A stretch of 64,000 nt of DNA from Amoebophrya sp. A120 (taxonomy: Eukaryota; Protista; Dinoflagellata): assembly GCA_905178155.1 (NCBI GenBank), contig CAJINV010000008.1, positions 1,612,001 through 1,676,000 on the forward strand. The letters are read 5' to 3'. The position numbers and the translations under genes are program-made. How positions within the stretch are numbered: position 1 is the first letter of the stretch; each line of letters begins with the position of its first letter. Positions 1 through 12,946 of this stretch are shown piece by piece. The notes under the pieces are model-generated. The model worked only from the letters and a program-made list of their open reading frames with translations. It searched no databases and was not told the DNA's origin.

Positions 1-209
1 CCCCGGGCCGCCCCGGTTTTTGTGCAGCCCACGCCCAAAACACTGCGAGTTTTCTGGCTTCTCCAGTTTGGGTTTCCACTGTGATTATTGTGTTAATTTG
101 TGGTTTAAATTTTGTTTATTTTGTGTTTTAATTTTGCATTAAAATTTGCATTAATTTGTTGGGGGTGCGAAATCCCTAAGGATTCGCCTAGTTTTCAAAT
201 TAGTGCAAC

Positions 210-258
210 TTTTATTGCAAATTTTATTGCAAAGATTATTGCAAAAATTATTGCAGAG
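210..258. repeat. Short ~12-bp tandem repeat (TTATTGCAAA-core, ~4 copies) in a low-complexity window-start region
   Basis: ttttattgcaaa ttttattgcaaa gattattgcaaa aattattgcaga read directly. Confidence 0.7.
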
Positions 259-811
259 GTCGGGCCGCGGGATTTTGCGAAAAACGTTGCAAGTCCTGCC
301 GCCTCCTCTGCAAAAACCCTCGACCCCTTCTGACCCACAAGAGCCCCGCTACCAAGCAAGGGCCGCAGGTTGGGCCGGGGTCGGCTTCCCGGTACCGGCG
401 GGCGACACCCTGCCCCCCTTGGGGCCCCTTAGGAAAAAACAAGGCAAAACCCAGGCCCCGGGCCGAGAAACACGACCACGAAAGCGCCACCCGAGAAGCA
501 ACCCGGCGAAACCCGTCCCCGGCGGCAAGCCGGGCGATTTCGGCAAGGCAAATGGCAGGCCTGCGCCCTCGCGGCGGACCCAGAAGCCAAATGCGGCACC
601 CGTTGGCCTAGGGAACAAAAGGACAGGGCCTCCGGGCTCCATTAGTTTCCCCCCCGGGGGCAACGCGCGGCGCCCTTCGGGATTTCCGAAAAGCAAACCC
701 CTTCCCAATCAATAAACAAAGCCAATGGGACGAAACCCGGCGCAACTTTTTTATTAGTGCTTTTTTACGCTGATTTTATTGGCCCGAATTTGCCCGGGGC
801 TGGCTGGCTGA

Positions 812-3683
812 GGGGCACTCCCGCAGCACGGCCTGAGCACAGTACACGCCGCAAAAGAAGCCGGGAGGCTAACGGTCCGCACAACCGGAACGACGGACGA
901 GGAGTTGCGACAACTCACCACAGCGGCAGACGTCTCGCTGTACACGGACGGTTCAGTCAAGGACTTCCAATGTGCCGCGGCCGTAGTCGAAGACGCGTGG
1001 GACAGGTACAGAGAATACGGCTGGGCAACAACGTCCTACGGGGACTCGTTCGACGCGGAGCGAGCAGCTCTGCTGGGGGCCCTGGCCACCATAGCAGAGA
1101 GACCGGCAGGGGAAGTCCGCACAGCGGTCGTGGTCACAGACTCGCAGTCCAATCTCGAGGCGCTCCAAAACCCAAGAATTCGGGACGGCAGTGACCTGCT
1201 GCTCTACGAAACGCTACGGGATGCCCTGGAGAAACTAGGACCCGCGGGACACCTGTCGCTGGTGTTCACAAAGTCGCACAGGAAGGTCGTAGACGGCAAC
1301 GAGGTCGCGGACAAGCTCGCGACCATGGCCAGGGAGCAAACCGACTACACCGAAGTCGGTGCGAGGGTCACGCACAGACAAGCCAAGCGGGAGGTCGCGA
1401 GGTCCCTGCGGCAGCAAAAAAAGAAGGAGCTGCAGGACAAGGGAAAACAGACAGGAGGGTCCAAGACCCACCTGCATGACACTCCGCCAGGTGTCCAACT
1501 TCGCAGCCAACCCGGTCGACAGCGTGGCACACGCGACGAGGGCGGACGAAGTCGCCTACAACGCGGCAAGGATGGGCCTGCTGGTTTCGGACATAACCGG
1601 CAGAGACTACGCCTGCCCGTTTTGTCAAGGGCGGACACAGAACCCACCGGCAGCAACGACGGCGCACTTGGTACAGGAGTGCCCGGCCCTGCAACACCTC
1701 CGGGCGGTAGACCCGTCCAACCCGGGCGAATTCCGGTCCGCGGCGCTGCAGGAGGACCCGTTTTGGGGCATCGAGTTCATCAGGTTGTTGCGGCGCGCGC
1801 TACAGCCGGGTGGGGAGCTCGATGACGATGCAGACTGGGACAGCGACACCGAGGACGAGACGCAGCAACACAATGCCGGGGCCGAACTTTTCAGCGCAAA
1901 CAAAGCGCCACCAGGACTCCACCCACCGCTTTCTCCCCCCCAAACACACTACCACGGGCGCGGGGTTGTGGAGGGGGCGTGGGGGGGTCCTGACCGGTAT
2001 TCTTATTGTTATTCTTGCTTGCCAACCGATAGTAGGAATGAAAACTGCTGGAATTTTCTGCACGCCTCACAAGACCCCGCCTTCCCCGCTCATTATCTCT
2101 CTGTACAGAAGCCGCCGCCACACGACTTCCCCTCGGGAACCTACGACGCCCACCTACAATCAGCCAGAGCCTCGTGGTCCAGGTCCTATGCCCAGTCGCA
2201 GTCACATGTTCATCCACACCAAGCGGAGCACCCTAGCAGCTGGACATGCTCCACAACGCCGGAGCAATCGAACCCTACGAACCCAGGCGAGAAACCGACC
2301 AGGGCACCTCCAGGCGGGGGGTGCCCGAACAGGTATAATCATAGTTTCACTGCTGCTCTTCGATCGCTGGTGACTGAGATGCCCAACTGTCCCCCCTTTG
2401 CTGTTGCTGCTCCCCCATCGACCACACAGGTCACTCGCCGGCCGTCACAGAACTTGTTCCTCCTGCACCACCCTCCCGAAAGCCACGTCGACCTGGGCGC
2501 CGGGCTCTCCACTACACACGGCAAGATCCGAAACCGATCACAACACACGCGCGGTCGGCTCGGTCCCACCCAACCACGATCTGCTGCAGACGGCCTCTGC
2601 GGGACACCCACCAGAGCACGCCGGCCGCACGCTACGGCGGGGCGAAACGGCACACACCTACGCGAAGCACGATCGGGGGCGCCCCATGGTGGGGGCCCCC
2701 CGAACAGGTATAATCATTGTTCCGATGTTGCGCTCGGTGGATGTTTTGGCTCTTATGCATCTCAATGGACCACTTCGCTTGTCGCCGCCCCTCCACCAAA
2801 CACACAGGTTTGGGGCCCGACTTCCTGCAACCCGTGGGTGCAACAACCAGACTTGCCAGGACATCGAGGACTAGCCCCACAATGCCGCGATGACTTCTAC
2901 ACACGAGGCGCCACTGCCGATTACCACTGGCCGGAGACCCGAGGTAACCGACTGCACGCGATAGCGGGGCAAAACGGTCCACACCTACGCGGGACGGGGC
3001 GGGGGGCTCCCGGGCGCGGGGGCTCCCAGAACAGGTATAGTTCTACTCTTTATCCTTGTGGAGTCGCATGGCATGGAATGCAACAATATCGTGCTGGTCC
3101 CGGTGCTCGTCTTTCTCACAACTCCCAGGTCCACCGAGACTACACGACCAGCAGGCGGACCGGGTGGCTTTGGCTTGGGACGACCGAGATGGCGATGTGA
3201 AATTCGATGGTGCGGCAGGTTGGCAAAACGGAAATACGGAAGATGAAGAAAAAATCGAGATCAGAAATTGAAGGTGAACATCAGAAACAGGAACATAGAA
3301 TAACAAATGGTCAGACAAAGAGCTGATGCTGAAATCAAGAAGGATAAAATTTGTCTTTTTTTCAGATTTATCCTGCTGACAAAGAGTCTTTTGATGTAGA
3401 TTGACACAGATCGAGTTTTTCAAGTAGGTTCACGACAGGTTTGAGTTTATATTTGGATTGCGGAGGAGAAAGATAGTTTGTTTATTTTCGGTAGAGCAAG
3501 ATCAAGATTTTTGTTCATTTTCATTTTTAGATTTCAGAAATAGATGTTTATGAAGTTTTTCACTTTGAGCTGGTTCTGACAGGAGAGATCACTACAGAGA
3601 AAAAAAAAGGGATTGCAACGGGAATTTTAGGGCCTTGAACATTTGACGCCATGCCCGGGCATGGAAAGAAAGAAAGAAAGAAA
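812..3683 (+). mobile_element. 5'-truncated, frameshifted non-LTR retrotransposon: RNase H, C-terminal CCHC-type zinc knuckle, 3' UTR and (GAAA)5 tail
   Basis: RNase H motifs YTDGS / SFDAERAAL / VTDSQS / FTKSH..GNEVADKLA in ORF 905-1825. CPFC-x13-H-x4-C in the overlapping frame (ORF 1359-3200), with a frameshift near 1460-1480. (GAAA)5 at 3664-3683. No RT domain in the window. Confidence 0.8.
1880..3180 (+). repeat. Four degenerate ~330-375 bp tandem units within the retroelement ORF tail
   Basis: Recurrent GGGGG..CC(C)GAACAGGTATA(A)TCAT core at ~1996, 2331, 2706 and 3033. Translates as GGPDRYSY / GGCPNRYNH / GGPPNRYNH / GGSQNRYSS. Confidence 0.7.
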
Positions 3684-4094
3684 GAGGTTATATCGATATG
3701 AGATTATCAATCTGGATGGATACAGGATTGATAAGATCAAATTAAATTCGATTTTGTTGAATCCTAAAATCCTCTATCGATATTGATGATGGAACCGATA
3801 GAGAGGAAGATACAATGGACATGAAATATTGAAACCATGATTGTGATTGATCAACAAGAGAATATACACACACCACATGAAGATAATACCTAAAGATTAT
3901 CAATCTGGATGGATACAAGATAAGAATTTCTTGTGAAAAAAAATGAATCGATCGACAATCAGAACGAAGATTATCAACCTCAATCTGACAGATGGATACA
4001 GGATCCTATGGAGGTGGATCTCTAGAACTATTTCCAATTCCAACGTCTTTATTTTTTTATAGGATCAAATGGCTATTAGATTTTTTTTTAAGGT

Positions 4095-4184
4095 TTTACT
4101 ACAGGAAAGAGCACTCGAGATAGAAAAAATTGCGATCACGATGGAGTTTTAGGGCCTTGAATTTTTGACGCCAGAAAGAAAAAG
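4095..4184 (+). repeat. Second, diverged copy of the retroelement 3' end
   Basis: TTTTAGGGCCTTGAA..TTTGACGCCA followed by a GAAA-rich tail occurs at ~3626 and again at ~4147. AGATTATCAATCTGGATGGATACA recurs at ~3701 and ~3894, with a variant at ~3969. Confidence 0.65.
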
Positions 4185-4586
4185 ATAGACATGACAATTT
4201 CGGTGGTGTCTTCTATATGTTTGGTGTTCATTCTCTCATTCCCGATTCGAAGGATGTCGATGTGTAGCATCAATTAGGTCTCCATCGAAAAGATAACAGG
4301 TTGCAAACTGTCCCGTTTTCATTTATCGTCTTTTCTTTTGTTCTCCTGTTGTCAGTGTCATCTTGCAGTTGGCCGTCCCGTTGTTGCATCTCGATTTCAA
4401 TTTCATTTCCATCAATCATCATACAGATACTTAGATACCTGCTCTAACGTTTACATCTTCCAACTTTTGTCCGATGTCCCGCCCTCGCGTTTTTCGCACT
4501 TCTTTTTGCTCGTTGGATTTTCTTTTCATCAAATCTACATCTAGTTTGCGTTTACAACATTTTGATTTTGGGATATCAGATCATCT

Positions 4587-7500
4587 TTACAGTCTACTGT
4601 CGTCACTGCTCGTGACGGCGCCCTGTCCTGTATCACTTTCTTCTTTGTTTTTCTCCCTGCTTCCGCCAGATTGTGTTTTCTGGCCCGCGTCGGTACTATT
4701 CGCCGCAGCAGGTTTTTTTGCGGTTGCAACCGGCATATCCAATCCGAGCTCGTCACTACTTGAGGAAGATGATGACGGCTCGAGATATTTCTCTTCGTCG
4801 CCTTCTTTTTTCTTCTCTGCCGCGTCCTCTGTTTTCGCTTTTTTAGCGGCAGGCACTGCAGTCTTTTTGGGTGCAGGCATGTCGAGGCCGAAGTCGTCGC
4901 TACTACTTCCAGATGAAGAGGACGCAACCGCAGTGGCTTTTGCGGCATCTGCTCCCTGTTCACTTGGTCGCTTCATTTCGGCAGAAGATGAAGTAGTGAC
5001 CGCCGCGCTGGGTTTCGCGACGGCAGCCGCAGCAGTTGGTGGAGCAGAAGCAGAGATGGCTGCAGTATCGGGGGATGAAGCAACTTTCGCCTTTGGTGCT
5101 ATTGCGCCTGCAGTTGTTTTTTTTGCCGTCACAGCGGCGGCAGTTTTGGCTCCTCCTCCCGCCGGAGCGGCGGCTTTCTTCGCTGCGACTGCAGGAGGCG
5201 ACGTCTTGGCGGCTTGTGGTGCAGTGGAGCTGGCTGGTGCTGGTTTTGCAGTTGCGGCTTTTGGTTTCGCTTTCCCTGACGGAACGCCTGCGTCTTTCGG
5301 AACTGTTGATGTTGTCGCGAGGCCAGCGGCAGCTGTCGTTCCGGGAACTACGGTGACAGCAGCTTTTTTAGCAGCTACAGAGCTTTTCGTGCCAGCAGAT
5401 GTCGCTACCTTCGGTTTTGCAGCCACTGCTTTTCCACTTGGTTTTATCGGAGAAGTTTCGCCTTCGCCGGTTGCAGCAGGCTTCGCCAAAGCAGGACTCG
5501 TCGCTGGAGAGCCACCTATGGAAGATGGCGCACCAGCGGGCGACTGCGGACTCGCGAGCAAGGAAGAGCCGCTGCCACGGCGACTCAAAGATCGCTTGAT
5601 GAATTTCAGGTCTCTGATTTCCTTCTGCTCCTTCGTTTCGGGCGGTTTCGTTTGGTCCGCACCCAGGGTCAGCCCCTTCTGCCCTACTGTTCGCAGCGTC
5701 GGAACGATCAGCTGCAGTAGGAAGAAAGGCGGAATAAGACCAATTAGCGTCAGCAGCATTCCGAAAAGTGAGACGAAGCAGACAAAGGTAAACAGCTTGC
5801 GAATAATCGCCCAGACGCTGTAAACACAGTTGAGATCGCCACTGCGCCACAACCCAAGGCGGACTTCCTCGTCGATAAAGCACACAAAGGGCCTAGGCGC
5901 AACGGTCGACTCGTAGTCCTTGTCACCTCAGATATGTTTATGTTGATGCCATCCATGATTTTTCGGCTCTTTTTCTGCCTTCCTCACGGAACGAACATGT
6001 AAACGTGCGCGTGCTGGGTATGAAAGACGTGTCATTTTTGGAAGCAAGAAAGCAGCTTCGTTTTTTTACTGCCTCAAACATCTTCAAAACTACCACCGCG
6101 GCATTATGGTTCCACCCATGGCCATGATGAAAAAACACAAAACAAATAGCTTTAATTCGCTTACATTGTGCTCGACACAGCGACCCGTTCAGGCTCTGAT
6201 GCACACAGCCCCACAGATGGGAATGCTGCGGCAAGACGATGTCGTTTGGGTCGCAGTAGTTTTGGTAGCAGTCGCCCAGCCGGAAGTCCACCAGCTTGTC
6301 GCACTGCAGCATCTGTTCGGTGGACTTCGAGGAGCCGGCCGCGTGCCCGGGGTTGCACAGGTGCATGCAGGAAGCGTGCAGCGGGATCCACGCGTAGAAA
6401 TCCGTTTGGTTCTCGCTCACCACGAGTTCGTTGTTGAAATCCGAGGAGGCCGCAATGGGGCAAGAGGTGGGGATGCTCGTCCCCGCAGCGTCCAGCGTTG
6501 TCGACTGCGTCACCGTGGTGGCTTCCTCGGATACCGGAACCTCCAGCGGATTCGAGAAGTAGTTGGCGAAGCCGTTCGGGGGGGCAAACACCCGACAGTG
6601 CGTGAGCGCAAGTTTCGCGTTTCGCACTGCGGGACTGTTCGGGTCGTCCGCAGCTTGGGTTTGGGAGGTGGCATTGGACAGGTTTGTCCCCGTAGCATTC
6701 ATCTGCGTGCCCGCCTTGGCACCAACCTGTGAAATGACAGAAATCGTTGCGCCGGTATTATTCGCCGTCAAGTTCACTGTCACGTTCGCACCCACCCGTT
6801 GTTGCTGGGAGGCTATCAAGTGCAAATATGTGTGAGTGTGGATCTGCAAAGTCAAAACTTGATGACACACGGGAATTTACACTCATGTGAACATCAATAC
6901 GAAATCTATATACTTTTGGATGACCACCATCACAAGGTCAAGGGCAGCCACGATCTCTCTACTTATCATACAAAAACGTAGTAGAACTCTGTGCGGGCCA
7001 CGCATTACGAGAAAGCAAAGTCCTCCACAAACTTCAACTTGTCACACGACTCGGCTGCATTCGGATGTGTTATTGTTTTACTCATCCACATTTCTGCACG
7101 GCAAGTTTCCAGATTCGAACACATTTGCATTCCATAGCGGCTGCCGCGGCCTGATGAAGATGATGATGATGTGCTTTCGACACGAAAGAAGAAGACGCAA
7201 CGCGATGACTTGCACTGTTTCTGTGTCTGCGTTGCGCGTTCTTCGTCCCTCTTTCCGCGTTTTGAAGAAGATGATCCGCGGACTTTATCCTGTCTCCAGC
7301 GTCGCCGTCGCCCCACCCGTCCCGTCTGTGCCCAGACCGGGTTTGTTGATGACGCATATTATGCTTATGTTGCAGGTCCAGATCATTGTGAAGACGCTGG
7401 TGGTGGCGGTCGCGGGAATAATCATTTTCACTGTGATCATGCGGGTCAAACGGGGGACCATGTTCTCGATGGTCGCCGCTGCGGAGGTTCAGAGCCGAGT

Positions 7501-7756
7501 CCGAGTCGTGCGATATCACTGCCATGTCGTTTGGCTCAACATGAGTTCTTGGAACGTGCTTAGTAGCGCACCCTCGTTGCGCTGACAGCAAAATCTGGCA
7601 TGCAATGCCGAGCAGGATAATCGCGCATGGACGAGGCCATGGCGACCGCACCAGAAGTAGGACCGCATCCATCATAATTCGCCTCGTAGCTGCTCCCACT
7701 CCTCTGTGCATTCGTTTCTGCGCCGCAGTGTCGTGTGATGTATTATACGAATGCAA
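4587..7756 (-). CDS. Hypothetical membrane/secreted protein (hydrophobic N-terminus, His-rich region, Cys-rich region, TM segment, Ala/Lys-rich tail); 3 exons
   Basis: ORFs 7082-7756, 5938-6870 and 4587-5885 join in frame via the introner 6814-7136 (AAAAA|QQQRVGAN) and a GT-AG intron 5927-6164 (RAQ-C|DKDYES). Start codon uncertain. Confidence 0.7.
6814..7136. mobile_element. Older family-A introner/MITE (323 bp)
   Basis: Ends TATCAAGTGCAAATATGTG / rc TATGGAATGCAAATGTGTTCGAATCTGGAA. Flanks GAGGC/GCGGC (4/5 match). Removing element+5 nt restores the frame. Confidence 0.8.
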
Positions 7757-9372
7757 GAAGCATTATACGGCATAAGACATCAGCTACTGAGGCAAGGGCG
7801 GCCCGAGGCCTGCTGAGCCGTGGAAAGATTAAGATGAAATGAGCGAAGACCAGCTTGCTTGCTTCCTTGACGCAAAGATTGACATTCACTTTTTCACTAT
7901 TGGACTCGTTTGGATCTTCCTTTGAGAAGCTATCAGACGAGTGACGCCATTCTTTTCAACTAGTAGAGGTACGTCAGCAATCTCATCTAGTTGTAGCCTT
8001 CCGTGTGGCACTTCGTTTACGTTTCTCCTATGTTTTCCTCTTTCGAGCAGATCGATAAAAATTCGAGGCAAAACACAAAACAGGTGCAATCTATGTATCA
8101 CGCTCCTGGTGCTCTCTTTCAGTCTCGGTCTGGCACTTTTTCTCGCAGCCTGTAATTTCATATATCATTTGTTGCCACATGCGTTGTTGCTGCATCCAGG
8201 CAACACCAACAGCACTCCGATCTGCTCAACACGTAGCTCGAGTTCCCTCGATCTGGTGTATTTTTCGCTCGTGTAACTCGAGTTGCCTTTCCTTTTGATG
8301 GCGAGGTATTGTTCGACGAAACGATTTGCGGCTGCGTAAGCGTATGCCTGATGAAAAATGAAGCCTGCTCACAGGAGCAGGTGCGCTTTCCTTGCGCTTG
8401 TACCTTTAGGTTCCTATTCATTGATTCTTCTACAGCATGATGCGATACAACAGTACAAGACCATGACAAAGCCCACGTAGCACGTAAATTTTTAGTCCGC
8501 GCCGAATCTTTACGAATAGCAGTTCAAGTTCTAGCTTTGTATGTACAGGTAGATTATTAGCCTCTCTGGATTTTTCTGCTAGTGTGTGTGCTATTTCTTG
8601 GTCGCAATCTTTCTGCATCAGGATTCTCAATGTCTTTACCTCCTCTATAAGCAAATACTCAGATACACATACAACCGTTAGTGTACTTACTGGTATACAG
8701 GATTGATGATAAGTATTTTCGAAGTTCTTGCAGAGACCGGAGTGCTTGCTGAAACTGAAACTCCAGCACTAGAAGACAACTTCTCATAGTCATTCAATCA
8801 TTTTCGATTTTGCATTTGAGTTTGAAGTTTGCTAACATTGCTAATAACAACATATGACAGGGGTAAACAAATGTATTGGTGGTAGCGGATTTTCTGGTAT
8901 ATCTGAAGTGGAACATCTCGGGCAATTCGGTTGAAATTACCTAAAACGTTTGGGTAACTAAGCAAGTGCTCTTGTGTGTCTGTCAAGCCGAAGTCACAGG
9001 AAATAAAATAGCTAAAGAGCCAGCAGTACAGCTGCAAGGGCAAGCCCGCGTGGTATACTAGCTCTCGGATTGTCAAGTGAACGTCAAATCATATTCTGCA
9101 AGCATTGAAAATTCGTATTATTCAACAAGTAAAAACTGCATTTTTCGTCGAAAGTCGGAAGTTTAGCTATCTTAACGTTGGGAGAGTTTTCCATCTTCTG
9201 CAAATTCAAATCTGAACCTCAAAGACAAACACGGAGGTCGAGGAACTCCACATTTTCTTACTTCACGAAGCTTTTGCCGTCTAATATCACCTCAACAAAT
9301 AAATACAGCGACAGCAGCAAAATGAATTTCGGTCCATGAAGAAGTAGTACTTCACCTCGCACCACTTAGTCC

Positions 9373-11123
9373 TTAGTACCCGAACCCGCTCGTGTGGACG
9401 TTGTACTGCCCTGGTCCCGGGGTCAGGAAGGTCTCGATGTTGTGACTGACCGGGCGGCCCGTCACGGTCACTTTCGGCGTAGCGAGGGCTATGGGATTCC
9501 CAAGCGTTCTTACACTCTCAACTATCCCATGAATTTTTGACGCTCGGCGTGAAGGGGGACAGTCCAAAAGCAATACCCATGCATTGGAGGACGGGACCCC
9601 AACACCCAATGGGGGTGAGTAGAATCGATGCAAGAAAAGCAAAAGCAAAAGGGGTGGGGGAACCTTGCGCGTCTTGCGTTACAGATTTGAACAGATTCTA
9701 ATGCTATTTAGCGCGCCGCGAACTTGTCATGCGAAGCGTAGTTATAGATATAGTGATTCTGCATCGTGACAAATGGCTCATGTGACAGCTGAGAGTGTAA
9801 CTACGTTTGAGAACGCCATAGAGGTTCCGGGCAGGTTGTAGGCGCCGGGTCCGGGATAGCCCTGTCGACCCTGGCCGGCAATCCGACCCGCGACGTCGCG
9901 GGTGGAAGTTCCGAACCCACACTTGATGCTACTGAAAGCCTGCGGAATGCTGTACGCGCCCGGTCCGGGAATGGAGGAATCGGACACGGACTTCTGCAAT
10001 GCCTTCCGACCACGGGCAGTGAAGCGGGGACCATGGCCTAACGTTTTCGTTTGGAAGGTCGAGGCGGCAATTAAAAAGTTGCTACGAAAAAAAAAAAATG
10101 TTGCAAATAATATAGTGCGTTTTTCACTTTTTCTCGAACGAGTCTACCGAGGATAACAATTTCAATTTGTATTTGACTCAAGATGAAACGCATTCAGTAT
10201 AACAAAAGTAAGTACTAGAATTATCTCAATTACCAACGGTGGACCGGAATTCGTATGTTCCTGGACCTGGCTCCCGATGCTTGTGATCCTTCTTGTCGCG
10301 TGGTGCGTTTCCGAAGGTCACACGGTAACTAGAGCTCAGCTGACCTGGTTCGTACTCACCTGGGGCGGGTGTGTCGCCCAACCTCTTCGGAAACCGCCGG
10401 CCTTTTCCGAAGGAAATGTGCGGAAAGCCCTTCACCCTGATTTCCCAAAAAAATCAGTATCAGAAGATCCAAGCTCGATAATTACGATTATTTTATAGCA
10501 CAATAAACCATTTTTCTTTTCTACTTGCTCGAACAAATCCAGAGCAAAGTGAAACAAGTCTTTTTTTTTTCAATAGATTTAGAAAGGATCGCAAAATAAT
10601 AGTAGGCACTTGCTGTTTGCCGTGTCCTTGACGTTGTAGGTTCCTGGTGCTGGCCCCTTGTATTCATCGACGGCCATGGGATCACCAAACTTGATCTTGA
10701 CGCCCATGGTGAACTTCGGCCCCCGCTTAAATTGTGACAGCGTTTGGATGTGCCTGTAGTGGTGTGGGTGGATTCTTTGAAATGACAATCCCATTGGCAT
10801 TTGGGTCCTCGTTTTGATGCTGTTGACTTTATCGTATGCAGCTGCGGGGAAGACGACGAGAAAGACAAAGAAACAAGGCGAAACTCTAAAAACAGAAATC
10901 AAGCCTCACAAATTGATGTTGATCATCGTCATCTAGTATGAAAGTGAATCAAAACTAAAAGCACATCTTCCTTCATGTACGTTGGTCCCGCTTTCATTTT
11001 TCGGACTACGTCCGCTTCTGGCATTTCATACACTGGTCGCTTGAGTCTTCTGTCGATATGTCCTGTGGCATACAGTTGCACTTCTCGATCATCATGCTCG
11101 TGCGCAGCCTTCCCTGGCACCAT
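9373..11123 (-). CDS. Sperm-tail PG-rich repeat (SHIPPO1/ODF3/STPG-like) axonemal protein, ~5 exons
   Basis: Repeated P(G/A)PGxY motifs (GPAPGTYN, TPAPGEYE, PGPGTYE, PGPGAYS, PGPGAYN, TPGPGQYN). GT-AG introns near 10438-10608 and 10038-10233, plus introner 9490-9820. First intron boundary unresolved. Confidence 0.8.
9490..9820. mobile_element. Introner/MITE with ~44-bp TIR (331 bp)
   Basis: TATGGGATTCCCAAGCGTTCTTACACTCTCAACTATCCCATGA vs rc TATGGCGTTCTCAAACGTAGTTACACTCTCAGCTGTCACATGA. Direct repeat decayed. Element+5 removal gives LPGT(S/L)ATPKVTV in frame. Confidence 0.85.
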
Positions 11124-11289
11124 CCAGCTCTGTTATTTTTGTGTTCTTGGCGCTCAAAAATGCGTTGCTTTATTTGTTTCAGTTCTTCACAACAAATGGA
11201 GAGCGAGAAGCGTAACGATGGCGATAGCTTAGGTTAAAGATCATGCTTTATTCGCGGTCGAGGAGCATATTAGGCAAGATTACCTGACT

Positions 11290-12023
11290 CATGCTGTGCT
11301 CGCCCTCTAACCGTGCATGGGCCGCTGGTGAAGTCGGTTCTGCGGGTGTGCCGGTTTCGACGTCCTCTTTTGCTTGATCCATTGCTTGGTCCGTAATTAC
11401 CTTCGTTTTGGAGCGACTGCATGTGAAGCTGGAGAAGTGCCAGTACGTAAGTACTTACTTTAATACTAGCAGACCAAGTGGTGCGGATTCAACCATACAT
11501 GCAGTGTTGAAGAGCAGAATTGACTTCTTCGGTGTACGAGGACATACAGGCTACTTACTTCTAGTCACACCCGCTTCGACCGCCTCGAGACAAGTAGCAT
11601 GATGACTGACGTCGAGACTCACTTTCGTCCCTTTCTTTGACTGTCAAGATGTGAGTGTGCGCTTTATTTGTTCATGGATTCAGACATGATCTTTTTTAGA
11701 GCATATACATACAACTGCATCTCCTGGAATCGAGCTAGTTGCCGAAAACAAAATGAATCTTCAGGCTCAGCCTCGTCAGATTCAGCCTAAGAAAGTGCAA
11801 CATATTACATAGTAACAAGTACCCCCAACAAATTGAGTTTCAGTGAGGACTCCAGTTCCTCCGTTGTTTTATCCACATTGGGTGAGACGATGACGGTCTC
11901 TTCGCCCTCCTGCGCGACGGTGGTTTCCACCGTCACCGTGTGCTCCTCCACTTCCTTCTTCGTCGTGCTGGAAGCTACCACCGGCTCCTCCACTGGAGCT
12001 GCAGCGGAGGAGGATGTTGACAT
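11290..12023 (-). CDS. Small acidic hypothetical protein with several short canonical introns
   Basis: MSTSSSAAAPVEEP.. exon, then a ~35-nt GT-AG intron near 11788-11822 joining to AESDEAEPEDSF. Further GTATGT/GTGAGT/GTAAGT donors follow. 3' structure uncertain. Confidence 0.4.
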
Positions 12024-12946
12024 GATGATCACTCGCGCCTACTAGGGTGTCAGTAGGTAGTAAAAAAATATGTCAACGGAAGTGAAACAGGCAATGCAAA
12101 TCCGTACGTGAACCGTTGTAGCGGCAAGAATCAAGGCTCGCTTACATGTATTGTGATGGGTCGTGTATACGGAATCAGGACTCCGACTCGTCGTCACGAG
12201 TATAATAGAGAATTATCAGAGCCCCAATGGCAATGAGCAGTGGTGAAAAACTACGTTTTATCACATGCAGTTGTAATTGTACACAGGAGAAAATTAACTT
12301 GCGATATCGGCGTGGCAACCTATGCGGCAAGTAGGCAAGTGATAGCAACTAGGTTGATAAACGTGGAGATGTGGCCCGCTGGCAAATCCACAAGAGCCAC
12401 CACTACTTCGTAGAATAAATAGTACCTTTGACAATTAAAGTAGAGGCAAGTTCTTTTTCTTAACAGCTTTCTTTATCAAAAAAAGCACCACGCACTATAG
12501 TATTTTAGAGAAGAATGATCGACGGCCAACAACATGCAATGACTCATGTCGCATAGACGAGTGCGACCACGAATGCGATGATGATTTACTTCGAAACGAA
12601 AAATGAAACCACGAAACGAATACCCCACCCGCCCACAAATTTGCAGCTGATCGGAATTTCACGTAATGCCGTTTGCTTTTTTTTTGCTTTATTTGACGAG
12701 CGTCTCGAGTTCGACATCCAGGCTAGTGGTAGGTGCAGATTATGAGGTTCTTGCGAACGAGAAAAATACGAAATAATGCGCTTGTTATAGTTGCTGACCA
12801 CGACCGTACGAAATCGATTGGTGTATTTCTTCGTGGGCGTTTTAGCTTGATTTGCGCCCCTATGATACATAACCTGAATCACTCGAAGGACCAAACACAA
12901 CCACAAGTAGTTGAAACACACGCCGCTCATGCGAATGTCGAGAAAC

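Noticed and set aside
1-800. ORFs 112-333, 203-715 and 349-708
   Set aside because: Homopolymer-rich, low-complexity sequence with no domain signal. It looks like poor-quality contig-end sequence.
3626-3633. TTTAGGG telomere-like unit
   Set aside because: Single copies within the retroelement 3' motif, not a tandem array.
4474-5823. 449-aa plus-strand ORF and the many other plus-strand ORFs over genes
   Set aside because: Antisense shadows of GC-rich minus-strand coding sequence, with no independent motifs.
7886-9300. Short ORFs here and at 23.0-25.1 kb, 30.3-31.4 kb and 61.1-61.9 kb
   Set aside because: No recognisable domains or consistent exon chain. Left unannotated as intergenic or decayed sequence.
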